DNA of 64,000 nucleotides, from the NCBI GenBank assembly GCA_965223325.1, contig CBDCWI010000001.1:1792001-1856000 (forward strand), written 5' to 3'. Below are positions 29,818 through 38,457 of the stretch, one piece after another (the first letter of the stretch is position 1; each line of letters begins with the position of its first letter). The DNA comes from Candidatus Multivoradales bacterium. GTDB taxonomy: Bacteria; Acidobacteriota; Thermoanaerobaculia; Multivoradales; Multivoraceae. Below the pieces are notes generated by a model. That model was not told the DNA's origin. It saw nothing but the letters and a program-made list of their open reading frames with translations, and did not search any database. Made by a program: the position numbers and the translations under genes.

Positions 29818-30816
29818 TCAGTCGATCTTCGCTCCCCGACCGCCGCGCAGTGCCGCCACGGCCTCACGGGCGTACTGGCTCAGGTCTTCGGGGACGCCGT
29901 CGCCGTTGGTGTCGGCCTCGAAGCGACGGTTGGCCGGATTGGAGCGCTCGAAGTACCCGGAGCGGACGAGGTCCTGGATGAACTCGGCCTGCTGTTCGGG
30001 TTCGAGATCGACCCAGGGGACAGCGGGCACTGAGGCCTGCCAGTCGTAGCCGTGACCTTCGCGCGTCTTGTACAGCGCTTCGACGCCGAAGGAGCCACCG
30101 TTCTGGAACTGCCAGATGTGCACCATCTCGTGCGCCAGGAGATCGGTGGTCATCACCGAGTGATCCTCGAAGTAGATCGTGTTGCCGACGACGAAGGCAT
30201 CGGTCTTCGCCAGGTCTCCCCACAAGCCCTCCTTCTTCTCTTTGACGCGTACCTTGTCGTAGTCGACACTGCTCCCGAACATCGGTCGCAGGACTTCGAT
30301 CTCGGCGGCAGTCAGCTTGCGGCCGGGGGCCTCGGTTCCGAGCACTTCCTGAATGGCCTGCAGGCTACGGCGCGAGATGAAGCCGAGGTCGTTGATGGCG
30401 GTGTCGACGAAGCCATCGCGGAAGGCGATCCAGGCGTCGGAGAGACCCCCGCCCAAATCGCCATCGAGGATCTTCTTGCCCGCCTCGTGCAGGTCTTTGG
30501 CGGTATCGACAACGGTGTCGACGCTGCCTTCAATGAGGTCCTTGGTGTCGTCGAGGACGGACTTTGCGATGTCGCGAATCTTGCCGAAGAATCCGGCGCT
30601 GGTCTGCCTTTGCAGGCCGCCCGCGGCAGGTTGCGAGGGCGGCGCCGGCTCGGTTCCCGCGGGTGACTCCTTCGCCAGAGGCTCGTAGGAGTCAGCGGCG
30701 ACGAGGGCCGCCTTTCCGGTCGCCCCCGCCCCTTTTGACTCGGCATTGATCTGGCGGTGTTCCTCGAGCAGGCGCTCGATGGCAACGGACATGTCATGGG
30801 TAGCGATATAGGTCAT
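29818..30816 (-). CDS. HExxH zinc-peptidase-like protein (DUF4157-related)
   Basis: R.LT..E......FG.SVDY.KVRV, GNTIYF, LLAHEMVHIWQ and EQQAE motifs. ATG follows AGGAG. Confidence 0.7.
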   Translation of the reverse strand: MTYIATHDMSVAIERLLEEHRQINAESKGAGATGKAALVAADSYEPLAKESPAGTEPAPPSQPAAGGLQRQTSAGFFGKIRDIAKSVLDDTKDLIEGSVDTVVDTAKDLHEAGKKILDGDLGGGLSDAWIAFRDGFVDTAINDLGFISRRSLQAIQEVLGTEAPGRKLTAAEIEVLRPMFGSSVDYDKVRVKEKKEGLWGDLAKTDAFVVGNTIYFEDHSVMTTDLLAHEMVHIWQFQNGGSFGVEALYKTREGHGYDWQASVPAVPWVDLEPEQQAEFIQDLVRSGYFERSNPANRRFEADTNGDGVPEDLSQYAREAVAALRGGRGAKID

Positions 30817-30903
30817 GGCGGGCTCCTGGTTCGAGCCTTCCTACCGATTCCCTGTGGCGTTGTTACAGGGTTTGTTCGCAACCGGAACCATTGGGCCGTT
30901 CCG

Positions 30904-31470
30904 CTAGACCCTCGAAAACGCCGGGTGGTAGCGAACAACCGCGGGATCTCTCGAGCCCAGAGCGGAATCGAGCGCGCCCGGCCGCAACTCCAGCACCATG
31001 AAGACGTCCTCGGGTACGTCGTACTCGCTTCGTATGTTGAAGCGCGTCGAGGGCTCGAAACCGAAGCGCGGGTAGTACTGGGGGTGGCCGAGAACGACGA
31101 CCCCATCGGTTTCCAGCTTCCGGCACAGCTCCAGGCCGCTCTGCACGAGCATCGAGCCGATACCTGAGCGCTGGTGCTGGGGTGAGACGGCCATCGGGCC
31201 GAGGCCCATGAGCGACCTACCGGGCAGTTCCCGTGCGGTCACCGGCGAGAACACGATGTGCCCCACGACTTCGCCGGAGGTCGCCTCTTCTGCGACCAGG
31301 GCGATGACCGGGTCTGCCTCGAGGCGCAACATCTCGACCAGGCGGACCTCGGCATCGTCCTCTGGTGGACCTTCCGCGGAAGGATCTGCCGCAAACGCCG
31401 CCTCGAGAATTGCGCTCACAGCGGCCTGGTCGCGGCCCTCTTCCGGTCGAATGCAAACGTCCATGACCAC
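30904..31470 (-). CDS. GNAT N-acetyltransferase (YhbS-like)
   Basis: VGHIVFSP, LGPMAV.P..QRSGIG and VVLGHPQYYPRFGF motifs. Abuts the upstream stop codon. Confidence 0.92.
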   Translation of the reverse strand: MVMDVCIRPEEGRDQAAVSAILEAAFAADPSAEGPPEDDAEVRLVEMLRLEADPVIALVAEEATSGEVVGHIVFSPVTARELPGRSLMGLGPMAVSPQHQRSGIGSMLVQSGLELCRKLETDGVVVLGHPQYYPRFGFEPSTRFNIRSEYDVPEDVFMVLELRPGALDSALGSRDPAVVRYHPAFSRV

Positions 31471-32586
31471 CTACCGCCGCCCGAGCCGCAACCCCACACT
31501 CGCACCCGCCATCACGATCACATCGGGCTCGAGCGTGCCACCTACAGCGCTCAGGTTTTGTGGCACACGGACCTGCGCTTGCAGAATCCACTGGTCTGTG
31601 AGGCGCTGCGCAACACCAACGGCGAGGATGAGGTCGGTCCTGCCGCTATTGCGCGCGTTGCCCGACTCCCAGCGTGACGGTTCGCTGTGCTCGACCTCGA
31701 CCTGTGCCTGAAACGAGGTGCGCGCTGTTCCAAGAGACGACGACAGCCCAAAGCCTGCTGAACCTCCGAAGCCGCGGCGGTAGCCCTTGTCGTTGTCGGT
31801 GAGGGCGCCGCTGCCTCCAACCCAGCCGTACGACGCGAAACGCTGGCCGCTGCGGTGATACTCGAGGCGCAACTCGGGGTTCCAGGTGCCACTTCCAAAG
31901 AAGACATGCTGATGCTCGAGGCCGCGGGAGCCACGATCGAAGGGATCTTCCTCCGTGCGGCCCGTCGGCGCACGAACGCCGACCACCAGATCGAGCAACC
32001 AGGGGCGGGCGGGAACGGTCGTTTCCGCGCCGGCAGCGCCAGGAGAAGCGCTCGCCGAACGACCCTCACTGGCTATCAACCGAAAGCGCCCCGCGAGGCT
32101 CACGTCGCCTATGCCCTCGATGGTTTCGTTGCGATGATGAATGCTGGTGAACTCGGAACGTATGGCGCCGGTTTCATCTTCGAAGGCCGCTCGAGTTTCG
32201 ACGCTGCGCAGTGGTACCTGAACCTCCAGGGCCGCCCGCTCGGTCAGGGCGTAGCTGCCGCGCACGACAACGGTGTCGAGCGACAGATCAACGTGATGGA
32301 CACGCGGCTGGTCTACGAGCGGCACGCCCGGCTCGTACTGGTCAGGATCGACCCCGTGCGACGTCTCGACGCGAGTCGACAGCCACGTCAAATCGAGCCG
32401 GAAAGCTCCGGGTTCGAGATCGACCGAGAGATGCGTCCCTCCAGCCTGGAGGTTGGGGTTCGTTCAGGCGGTTCAACCACTCGACGCCCAGGCAGCTGGA
32501 ATCAGCTGGACGAGTGCCAGGGCGACGAGGATCGGCAGAGCCGCTTTCCGCCGCGAGGGCAACGAGGGCGAGGGGGTTCTTCTCAA
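31471..32586 (-). CDS. Predicted selenoprotein: outer-membrane beta-barrel transporter-family protein with N-terminal UxxU (Sec38, Sec41), 371 aa
   Basis: TTG 32586 overlaps the upstream TGA (TTGA). Signal peptide ...IPAAWA then SSG-TGA-TA-TGA-TNPN runs in frame into ORF 31471..32391. GIGD/PTG/GSGTW motifs. SECIS-like hairpin follows. Confidence 0.8.
32434..32463 (-). promoter_or_regulatory. Putative bacterial SECIS element
   Basis: mRNA CCUCCA-GGC-UGGAGG. The loop starts 17 nt after UGA 32464-66 and 26 nt after UGA 32473-75. Confidence 0.65.
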
Positions 32587-33281
32587 CGCCTCGCCTTCTC
32601 GATCAGGCGGTCGAGCTTCTCGAAGTCGAGACCGGAAACGAACCCGACGCGGCGCGGGCCCTTCTTCTCGTGCAGATGCCAGACCTCGACATAGGGCAAA
32701 CCCGAGACTTTGGTGAGGTAGCGCTTGGCGACCTCGGAGTCCCAGTCGACGACGTTGAGCTTGCGAACGGCCAGGCTGGGGTCTTTCCCGACTCGTTCGA
32801 TCAGTCCGCGGTCGAGTTCGCGGCAAGGGCCACACCACTCGGCCCAGAAATCGAAGATGACGACCTTGCCAGCGGTAACCTCGGGCTCGATATCGGCGTC
32901 CTTGCCGTCGCGCGACAGCCAGGCCACGTCGGCGTCTTTTGGAAAGTCTGCGGGCGGCAGGTAGAAGCCCTTGCCCTTCCCGACCACGACCTCTACACCG
33001 GGGTCGGCTGCGGCGACCGCTTCCGCGATGAGTGAATCAACCGACAGCAGGCTGTCGTCGAAATCGACCAACACTTCAGCCGCCTTCAAATCGAAAGACG
33101 CGGCGTTGACTCCCGAAAGAGCTTCGAGTTGCGCGACGACCGCCGCGCCGCAGCTCTGTCAGTCGAGCGCCCGCAAAGAGAGCGTTACCTCACGGGCCGC
33201 CAGGGGCCAAGAGACCGCGAAGAACAGGATGGCTGCGACACCGGCGCGAACTCGCGCAGGGTTCAAGATGGAGACCGACAT
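32583..33281 (-). CDS. Predicted selenoprotein: exported HMA domain (UxxC, Sec41) fused to thioredoxin domain (WCGPC), 232 aa
   Basis: ATG 33281 follows GAGG. Signal peptide ...WPLAA, then VTLSLRALD-TGA-QSCGAAVVAQLEALSGV (HMA fold) in frame with ORF 32583..33089 (DFWAEWCGPC). Confidence 0.85.
33126..33158 (-). promoter_or_regulatory. Putative bacterial SECIS element
   Basis: mRNA GCGCGGC-GGUC-GUCGCGC, a 7-bp stem with a GGUC loop starting 17 nt after UGA 33159-61. Lower GAG/CUC pairs. Confidence 0.75.
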
Positions 33282-33662
33282 TCTTGGGACCTCGTATTGG
33301 GACCGCCTCGCGAACTTACCGGCGACGCAGAGCGATTGGAGCGGCAAGACGGACGTTTAGCCTAGCCGATCTACGGCGCGCTCTGAATCGCTGACTGGTG
33401 GTTCGCATGGCGGCGCGGCGGGGCGTGTTCCCGGCGAAGGCGCCGGAGACAGTGCCTGCTAGGCTGTCCCAACGTTCGAGAGTTTCAGTCGGTCGGTCCA
33501 CGGTTGATCGTGGTTTCCGATGCACGCCTCTCAGTCGACAGCTCGCGAGAAGCAACGCGGAGCACGCCTGAGAGCGCTGGCTCCATGTTCTCCTTTGCTC
33601 TTTGACCGTCTGGTTCTTCTACGCCCTCTCCGGAGGCCACCATTCGATCAGGAGTCTGAACC

Positions 33663-36600
33663 ATGAGAACACCAACCGCCCCCTGCCGCTCCACCTTCGC
33701 TTCCCTCTCTGCTCGCGCAGTGGTTCTCGCGGTTCTCGGGCTCAGCCTCCTCGTCGTCGGCCAGCCGGCATTCGCCCAGACCGCCGGCTCGATCGAGGGT
33801 GCGGTCACCAGCGTCGACGGGGCCGCCATCCTAGGGGCAACGGTGACCCTGTCAGGTGAGGCGCTCCAGGGGCCACCGCTGGTGGCGACCACGGGTGCCG
33901 ACGGGCGCTACCGCCTTTCGCCGGTACCGGCCGGGACCTATGAACTGGCCGTCGAGTCGAGTGACGGGAGCTTCACGCGACCCGAGGTGATCGTGGGTGT
34001 CAACGCTTCGCTCACCATCGACTGGACCGTCGGCCAGCAAGACACCCTCACGGTCATCGGCGAGGCTCCCCTGATCGAGGTCACCCGCTCCGACTTGGCC
34101 TCACGGGTGCCCCAGCAGGCGATCGAAAACCTGCCGCTCAACGGCCGCAACGTCGAAGACCTCGTCAACCTGGTCCCGGGCGTCAAGCCCAACCCAGCCG
34201 GCGTTGCCGACCAGCAGTTCTCGATCTTCGGTGAACGGGCAGCCGCCACCTCATTCATCGTCGATGGCGCCGATAACAACGACCCGCTCGACGGCGGCGC
34301 CTTCCAGCGCTACTCACAGGACTCGATCCAGGAGTTCGAGGTCATCACCACAGGCTACGAGGCCGAGTTCGGCAAGGCCCAGGGGGGCGTGGTCAACGTG
34401 CTCACACGCTCCGGTGGCAACGACCTCAAGGGCTCGCTCTTCTACTTCATGCGCAATGACTCCTGGGACTCTTCGAACGTCTCCGGACAAGAAGTCCCCA
34501 AGCTCGAGCGCGACCAGTATGGAGCCTCGCTCGGAGGCCGTCTGGTCGAGGACCGCGCCTACTACTTCGTTTCGGCTGAGCTGCTCGACGAGAAGCGCGG
34601 CCGCAACCTCGACTTTTCCCAGGTGCCGTCCTGGGTGCAGAACGGCCTCGCCACGCCTGGTTCTCTCAGCGAGAACTTCGGCCTCGGCCCAGAGGACGAA
34701 GGTCTGGTGGCGCTCGGCAAGATCGACCTCGTGCCCAACGACTCACACCGCCTCTCCTTCAGCTATAACCGCACCGATGACGAAGCCGCGGGCGAGATCC
34801 CCAGCGGCATCGCCGGCTCGATCGTCATGCCCAGCGGCGCTCGCACCCAGGACCGCGCGTCCGACAGCTTCACTCTGCGCGACACCTGGATCGCTGGACC
34901 GTCGATGTTTCTCGAATCGAACGCCAAGTACCTCGACGGCACGACCGGCAGCAACCTCGACCGTGCGGACCGCGGCGAGACCGTGCTGCTTCTCTTGCGC
35001 TCTGGATTCATTCAGACTGGCGCGCCGGTCGGCGGTCGCTCGGAGCGCAACATCGAGCGCCTGCAGATCGCACAGGACTTCACCTGGATCCCGCAGGGCG
35101 CAACCAACCACACGTTCAAGTTCGGCTGGGACTACACCGACACCACGCTCGACGGTTTCAACGAGGTCTGGAACGATGTCGAGTATTCGGCGGCGTTCCT
35201 CAACCCGAACGCGGCCGGCGTGATGCAGGACCTGTTCTCGCGTTTCGGCTTCGAGCAGTCGGCCGCACGCTTCTTCAACCTCTCGGCCAACCCCGACGGT
35301 CGCTTAAACCTCGATATCTCGAACGAGGACGTTGGCGTCTTCGCTCAGGACCAGTGGCAGGTGGCCGACAACGTCACCGTCAACCTCGGCCTCCGGTGGG
35401 ATCGTGCCAGCCTCTTCGGCGACGACGAAGACAACTTCGGCCCGCGCGCCGGCATCACCTGGGATATCAGCGGTGACTACCGCACGATCCTCAAGGCCTC
35501 GGCAGGCATCTTCCACGATCGCAACGCCCTCGCCGCAGCGGCCGGGGTCCCCTCAAAGGGTGGCATCTTCACTCGCAACGCCTTCGACGTCGCCCTGCCA
35601 ACACTGGGCTACGACTACTCCGACTCGCTGATCGATCTAGTCATCACCTCGGGGTTCCCGATCGGCGGCGGAGCGCGCTCGCCGGCAGAGAACCCGTCCT
35701 ATCGCGCCTTCGCTGACGCCCTGCGCGCCAACCCGCTGGCGCTCTACGACATCCTCGGCATCGCAGTCAGCGATCCATCGCGTCCGCCAACCGTGACCGC
35801 CGACAACATCCAGGCGCTTTCGGGCATGTCTCCCGACCAGGCGGTCAACCTGCTCGAAACCATGTGGCCGGGCACCGACTGGGCGTTCTTCGATGTGCCG
35901 GGCGGCTCCATTCTCGGTGACCGGGTGCTTTCGTTCCTACCTCGCGGCCCGTTGAGCACCAGTCGCAACGTCCAGGTCTACGACCGTGACGAAACGCCCA
36001 TGACCACGGCCTTCACGATCGGCGTCGAGCACCAGTGGGGCCCTGACATCACGCTGGGTCTCGCCTACGTCCACCGTGAGACCGAGGATCTACTGACGCA
36101 GCGCATCGTCAACCTCTTCGACGCCCAACCGGGCGATCCCAACTTCGGCCAAACGACCGATGGCGGAGCGCGCATCACTCAGGTGGGCTACGACGGCTTC
36201 ATCGACTACGACGGCGTGGTCCTGAGCGTGCGGCGCCCGTTCCGAGATCGCTACGGCTTCTCCTTGTCCTATACCTGGTCGGACGCCGAAGACAACCTTC
36301 TCACCGGCAACGTCGGCTCAGGCTTCAGCAACAACAACCATCCCGAGTTCGACATCGGCGAGTCCAACCTGTCGGCACCGAACGTCGCGGTCGCAAGCAT
36401 CACTTCGCTTCTACCGCTCGACTTCCGGGTCAGCGCCGTCTTGTTCCATCGAGATGGCAACGCCTTCTCACCGCGCGGCATCGTCGACACCGACGGCGAC
36501 GGGCTCGTCGACCAGCGCGACCTTTCCGTTCCACGCAACTCCTTCCGGGTCGATGACTTCACGTCGCTTGACATTCGCCTAGAGAAGCCCTTCCAGCTAC

Positions 36601-36767
36601 CGGACGGCTACGAGATCAACCTGTTGATCGACGTCTTCAACGTCACCAACGAGCGCAACGTGGCAAACGTCAACCCAGTCTCAGGACCAGACTTCGGAAC
36701 TCCCAACGAGTTCTTCCCGGGCCGCGAGATCCAGGCAGGCGTGCGTTTCTACATCGGCGGTCGCTGA
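33663..36767 (+). CDS. TonB-dependent receptor, Oar/acidobacterial type with N-terminal carboxypeptidase-regulatory-like domain
   Basis: Signal peptide, LPLNGRN, IQEFEV.T.GY.AEFG...GGVVN, QDQW, NLGLRWD and GREIQAGVRF motifs. Confidence 0.92.
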   Translation: MRTPTAPCRSTFASLSARAVVLAVLGLSLLVVGQPAFAQTAGSIEGAVTSVDGAAILGATVTLSGEALQGPPLVATTGADGRYRLSPVPAGTYELAVESSDGSFTRPEVIVGVNASLTIDWTVGQQDTLTVIGEAPLIEVTRSDLASRVPQQAIENLPLNGRNVEDLVNLVPGVKPNPAGVADQQFSIFGERAAATSFIVDGADNNDPLDGGAFQRYSQDSIQEFEVITTGYEAEFGKAQGGVVNVLTRSGGNDLKGSLFYFMRNDSWDSSNVSGQEVPKLERDQYGASLGGRLVEDRAYYFVSAELLDEKRGRNLDFSQVPSWVQNGLATPGSLSENFGLGPEDEGLVALGKIDLVPNDSHRLSFSYNRTDDEAAGEIPSGIAGSIVMPSGARTQDRASDSFTLRDTWIAGPSMFLESNAKYLDGTTGSNLDRADRGETVLLLLRSGFIQTGAPVGGRSERNIERLQIAQDFTWIPQGATNHTFKFGWDYTDTTLDGFNEVWNDVEYSAAFLNPNAAGVMQDLFSRFGFEQSAARFFNLSANPDGRLNLDISNEDVGVFAQDQWQVADNVTVNLGLRWDRASLFGDDEDNFGPRAGITWDISGDYRTILKASAGIFHDRNALAAAAGVPSKGGIFTRNAFDVALPTLGYDYSDSLIDLVITSGFPIGGGARSPAENPSYRAFADALRANPLALYDILGIAVSDPSRPPTVTADNIQALSGMSPDQAVNLLETMWPGTDWAFFDVPGGSILGDRVLSFLPRGPLSTSRNVQVYDRDETPMTTAFTIGVEHQWGPDITLGLAYVHRETEDLLTQRIVNLFDAQPGDPNFGQTTDGGARITQVGYDGFIDYDGVVLSVRRPFRDRYGFSLSYTWSDAEDNLLTGNVGSGFSNNNHPEFDIGESNLSAPNVAVASITSLLPLDFRVSAVLFHRDGNAFSPRGIVDTDGDGLVDQRDLSVPRNSFRVDDFTSLDIRLEKPFQLPDGYEINLLIDVFNVTNERNVANVNPVSGPDFGTPNEFFPGREIQAGVRFYIGGR

Positions 36768-36870
36768 GACGTCGGGCTCTGAAGCGGCGGGCGCTGCGGC
36801 AGCTCTGACGCCGCAGAGTCCGGCACACCTCTCCGACGATTTCGAGACTCGCATGAAACCTTCTCCAAGT

Positions 36871-36888
36871 TAGTTCGTACTAGAACCA
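36871..36888. promoter_or_regulatory. Possible MarR operator (AT-rich imperfect palindrome)
   Basis: tagttc-gtacta-gaacca upstream of marR. A related AT-rich box tagtactagttagtagtaac lies at 37442-37461 before the downstream genes. Confidence 0.35.
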
Positions 36889-36924
36889 TCTGAGGACGGC
36901 CATCGCCGTCGTGGAAGAAGGTAT

Positions 36925-37395
36925 ATGGCACCACGATCTCCAAAGACGTTCACCTCGCAAGAAGCGCGCGGGGAGTCCTTTGTACCGGTCATGAGGGAGT
37001 TGGTGCGTGCCTATCAGGCGTTCGAGATGTTCGATTCGCGGCTTTTACGCTCGCAGGGGCTGACCACTTGTCAGGCCGACGTTCTCTTTACGCTGGGCAA
37101 CACCAGCGGCATGTCCTTCAAGGAGCTTGGCGAACGCACGCTGATCACCAAGGGCACTCTCACCGGCGTGGTCGATCGCATGGCTGCTAAAGGACTCGTT
37201 GTGCGTCGACCGTCGCCTGAGGACGGGCGAAGCACGATTGCCCTTCTCACTCGCAAGGGCGAGCGCCTCTTCGAGGAGCGTTTCCCGGCCCACATCGCCC
37301 GCCTCAAAGAGCGATTCGATCGCCTGTCGAAGCGTGAACTCGACCAGTCTCTGGAGACCCTCGAACGCCTGCGGGCAATCTTTGACGCTGACTGA
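36925..37395 (+). CDS. MarR family transcriptional regulator
   Basis: GLT..Q..VL, wHTH TKGTLTGVVDRM..KGLV.R and DGRS...LT.KG motifs. Confidence 0.92.
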   Translation: MAPRSPKTFTSQEARGESFVPVMRELVRAYQAFEMFDSRLLRSQGLTTCQADVLFTLGNTSGMSFKELGERTLITKGTLTGVVDRMAAKGLVVRRPSPEDGRSTIALLTRKGERLFEERFPAHIARLKERFDRLSKRELDQSLETLERLRAIFDAD

Positions 37396-37493
37396 GTCCG
37401 TTCCCGAGTTCGGTCGCACTCTCGCTCTCCTTTTCAACAAATAGTACTAGTTAGTAGTAACTCCCAACGAACAAACAACGAAAGGAAGACCCC

Positions 37494-37859
37494 ATGTCAA
37501 AAACAACCAGGCATGACCAGCAGCTGAACAAGATGGTCCTCGAGGGCCGTGCTCTCGAGGCCTTCGAGCGCTTCTACGCCGAAGACGTTGCGATGCGTGA
37601 GAACTCGCAGCCACCGACAGTCGGCAAGGACGCGAACCGCAGGCGTGAAGAAGAGTTCTTCGCTTCGATCGATCAAGTTCACACCCTGGAGCTCGTCTCG
37701 AGTGCCACGGCCGGCGACCTGAGCCTGTCGGAGTGGATCTGGGACCTGACCTTCAAAGGAGGTGATCGGGCGCGCATCGAGCAGGCGGTGAGTCGCCGGT
37801 GGCGAGACGGCCAAGTGGCCGAAGAGCGCTTCTACTACGAGGCCGGACAGCCTGCCTGA
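37494..37859 (+). CDS. SnoaL-like/NTF2 family protein
   Basis: AFERFYAEDV.M.EN, W.DG.V..ERFYY. Strong RBS. Confidence 0.85.
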   Translation: MSKTTRHDQQLNKMVLEGRALEAFERFYAEDVAMRENSQPPTVGKDANRRREEEFFASIDQVHTLELVSSATAGDLSLSEWIWDLTFKGGDRARIEQAVSRRWRDGQVAEERFYYEAGQPA

Positions 37860-37910
37860 GGCGTCACACCGAACCAATCCTCATAGGACTGAAACGAAAG
37901 GAAGCTCGAC

Positions 37911-38384
37911 ATGACCGACACAACAGAATCCGCACCCGCTCATCGCATCGCCCCAGACGATCTCGGTCTGGCGCTCATCCGCCTGATCCTCGGAGTCGTC
38001 TTCGCCTTTCATGGAGCTCAAAAGCTCTTTGGTTGGTTCGGGGGCTTCGGCATCGACGGCACGGCGCAGTTCTTCTCTGGCATCGGCCTTCCGCTTCCGA
38101 CGCTCAGCGCCTACCTGGCTGGGGGCGTGGAGCTCTTCGGGGGACTCCTTGTGATGGCAGGTCTCTTGACCCGCACGAGCGCAGCCGCAACAGCCTTCAC
38201 GATGTTCGTCGCCTCGTTCACGGCACACAGTGGCTTTGCGACCGCCAACAACGGGATGGAGTTCCCTCTCACCCTCGCCCTGGTGTCTGTTGCCCTGGTG
38301 CTGACCGGACCGGGGCGCCTCACGGTGGCATCGCTGGCGCTAGCGAGAGACCGTCAACAGGCGATCTCACGGGCAACGGTGTAA
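37911..38384 (+). CDS. DoxX family membrane protein
   Basis: R..LG.VF.FHG.QKLFGWFGG and GMEF motifs. Confidence 0.92.
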   Translation: MTDTTESAPAHRIAPDDLGLALIRLILGVVFAFHGAQKLFGWFGGFGIDGTAQFFSGIGLPLPTLSAYLAGGVELFGGLLVMAGLLTRTSAAATAFTMFVASFTAHSGFATANNGMEFPLTLALVSVALVLTGPGRLTVASLALARDRQQAISRATV

Positions 38385-38457
38385 CTCAGCGCTCAGGCGA
38401 CTTCGGGCACCTCGCCCCCACGATGTGCCCGAAGGCCGCCCGTTCGCCTCGCGCGAC

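Noticed and set aside
31471-33281. Treating the TGA-interrupted genes as pseudogenes, or as genome-wide TGA reassignment
   Set aside because: All four TGAs fall at Cys positions of CxxC-type motifs with downstream hairpins and no frameshifts. Many other genes end in TGA with ATGA/GTGA/TTGA overlaps, so TGA is still a normal stop.
33400-33660. Riboswitch (TPP, glycine, cobalamin) ahead of the TonB receptor
   Set aside because: Isolated words (ctgagag, gaagg) occur, but I could not find the full conserved cores. An Rfam scan would decide.
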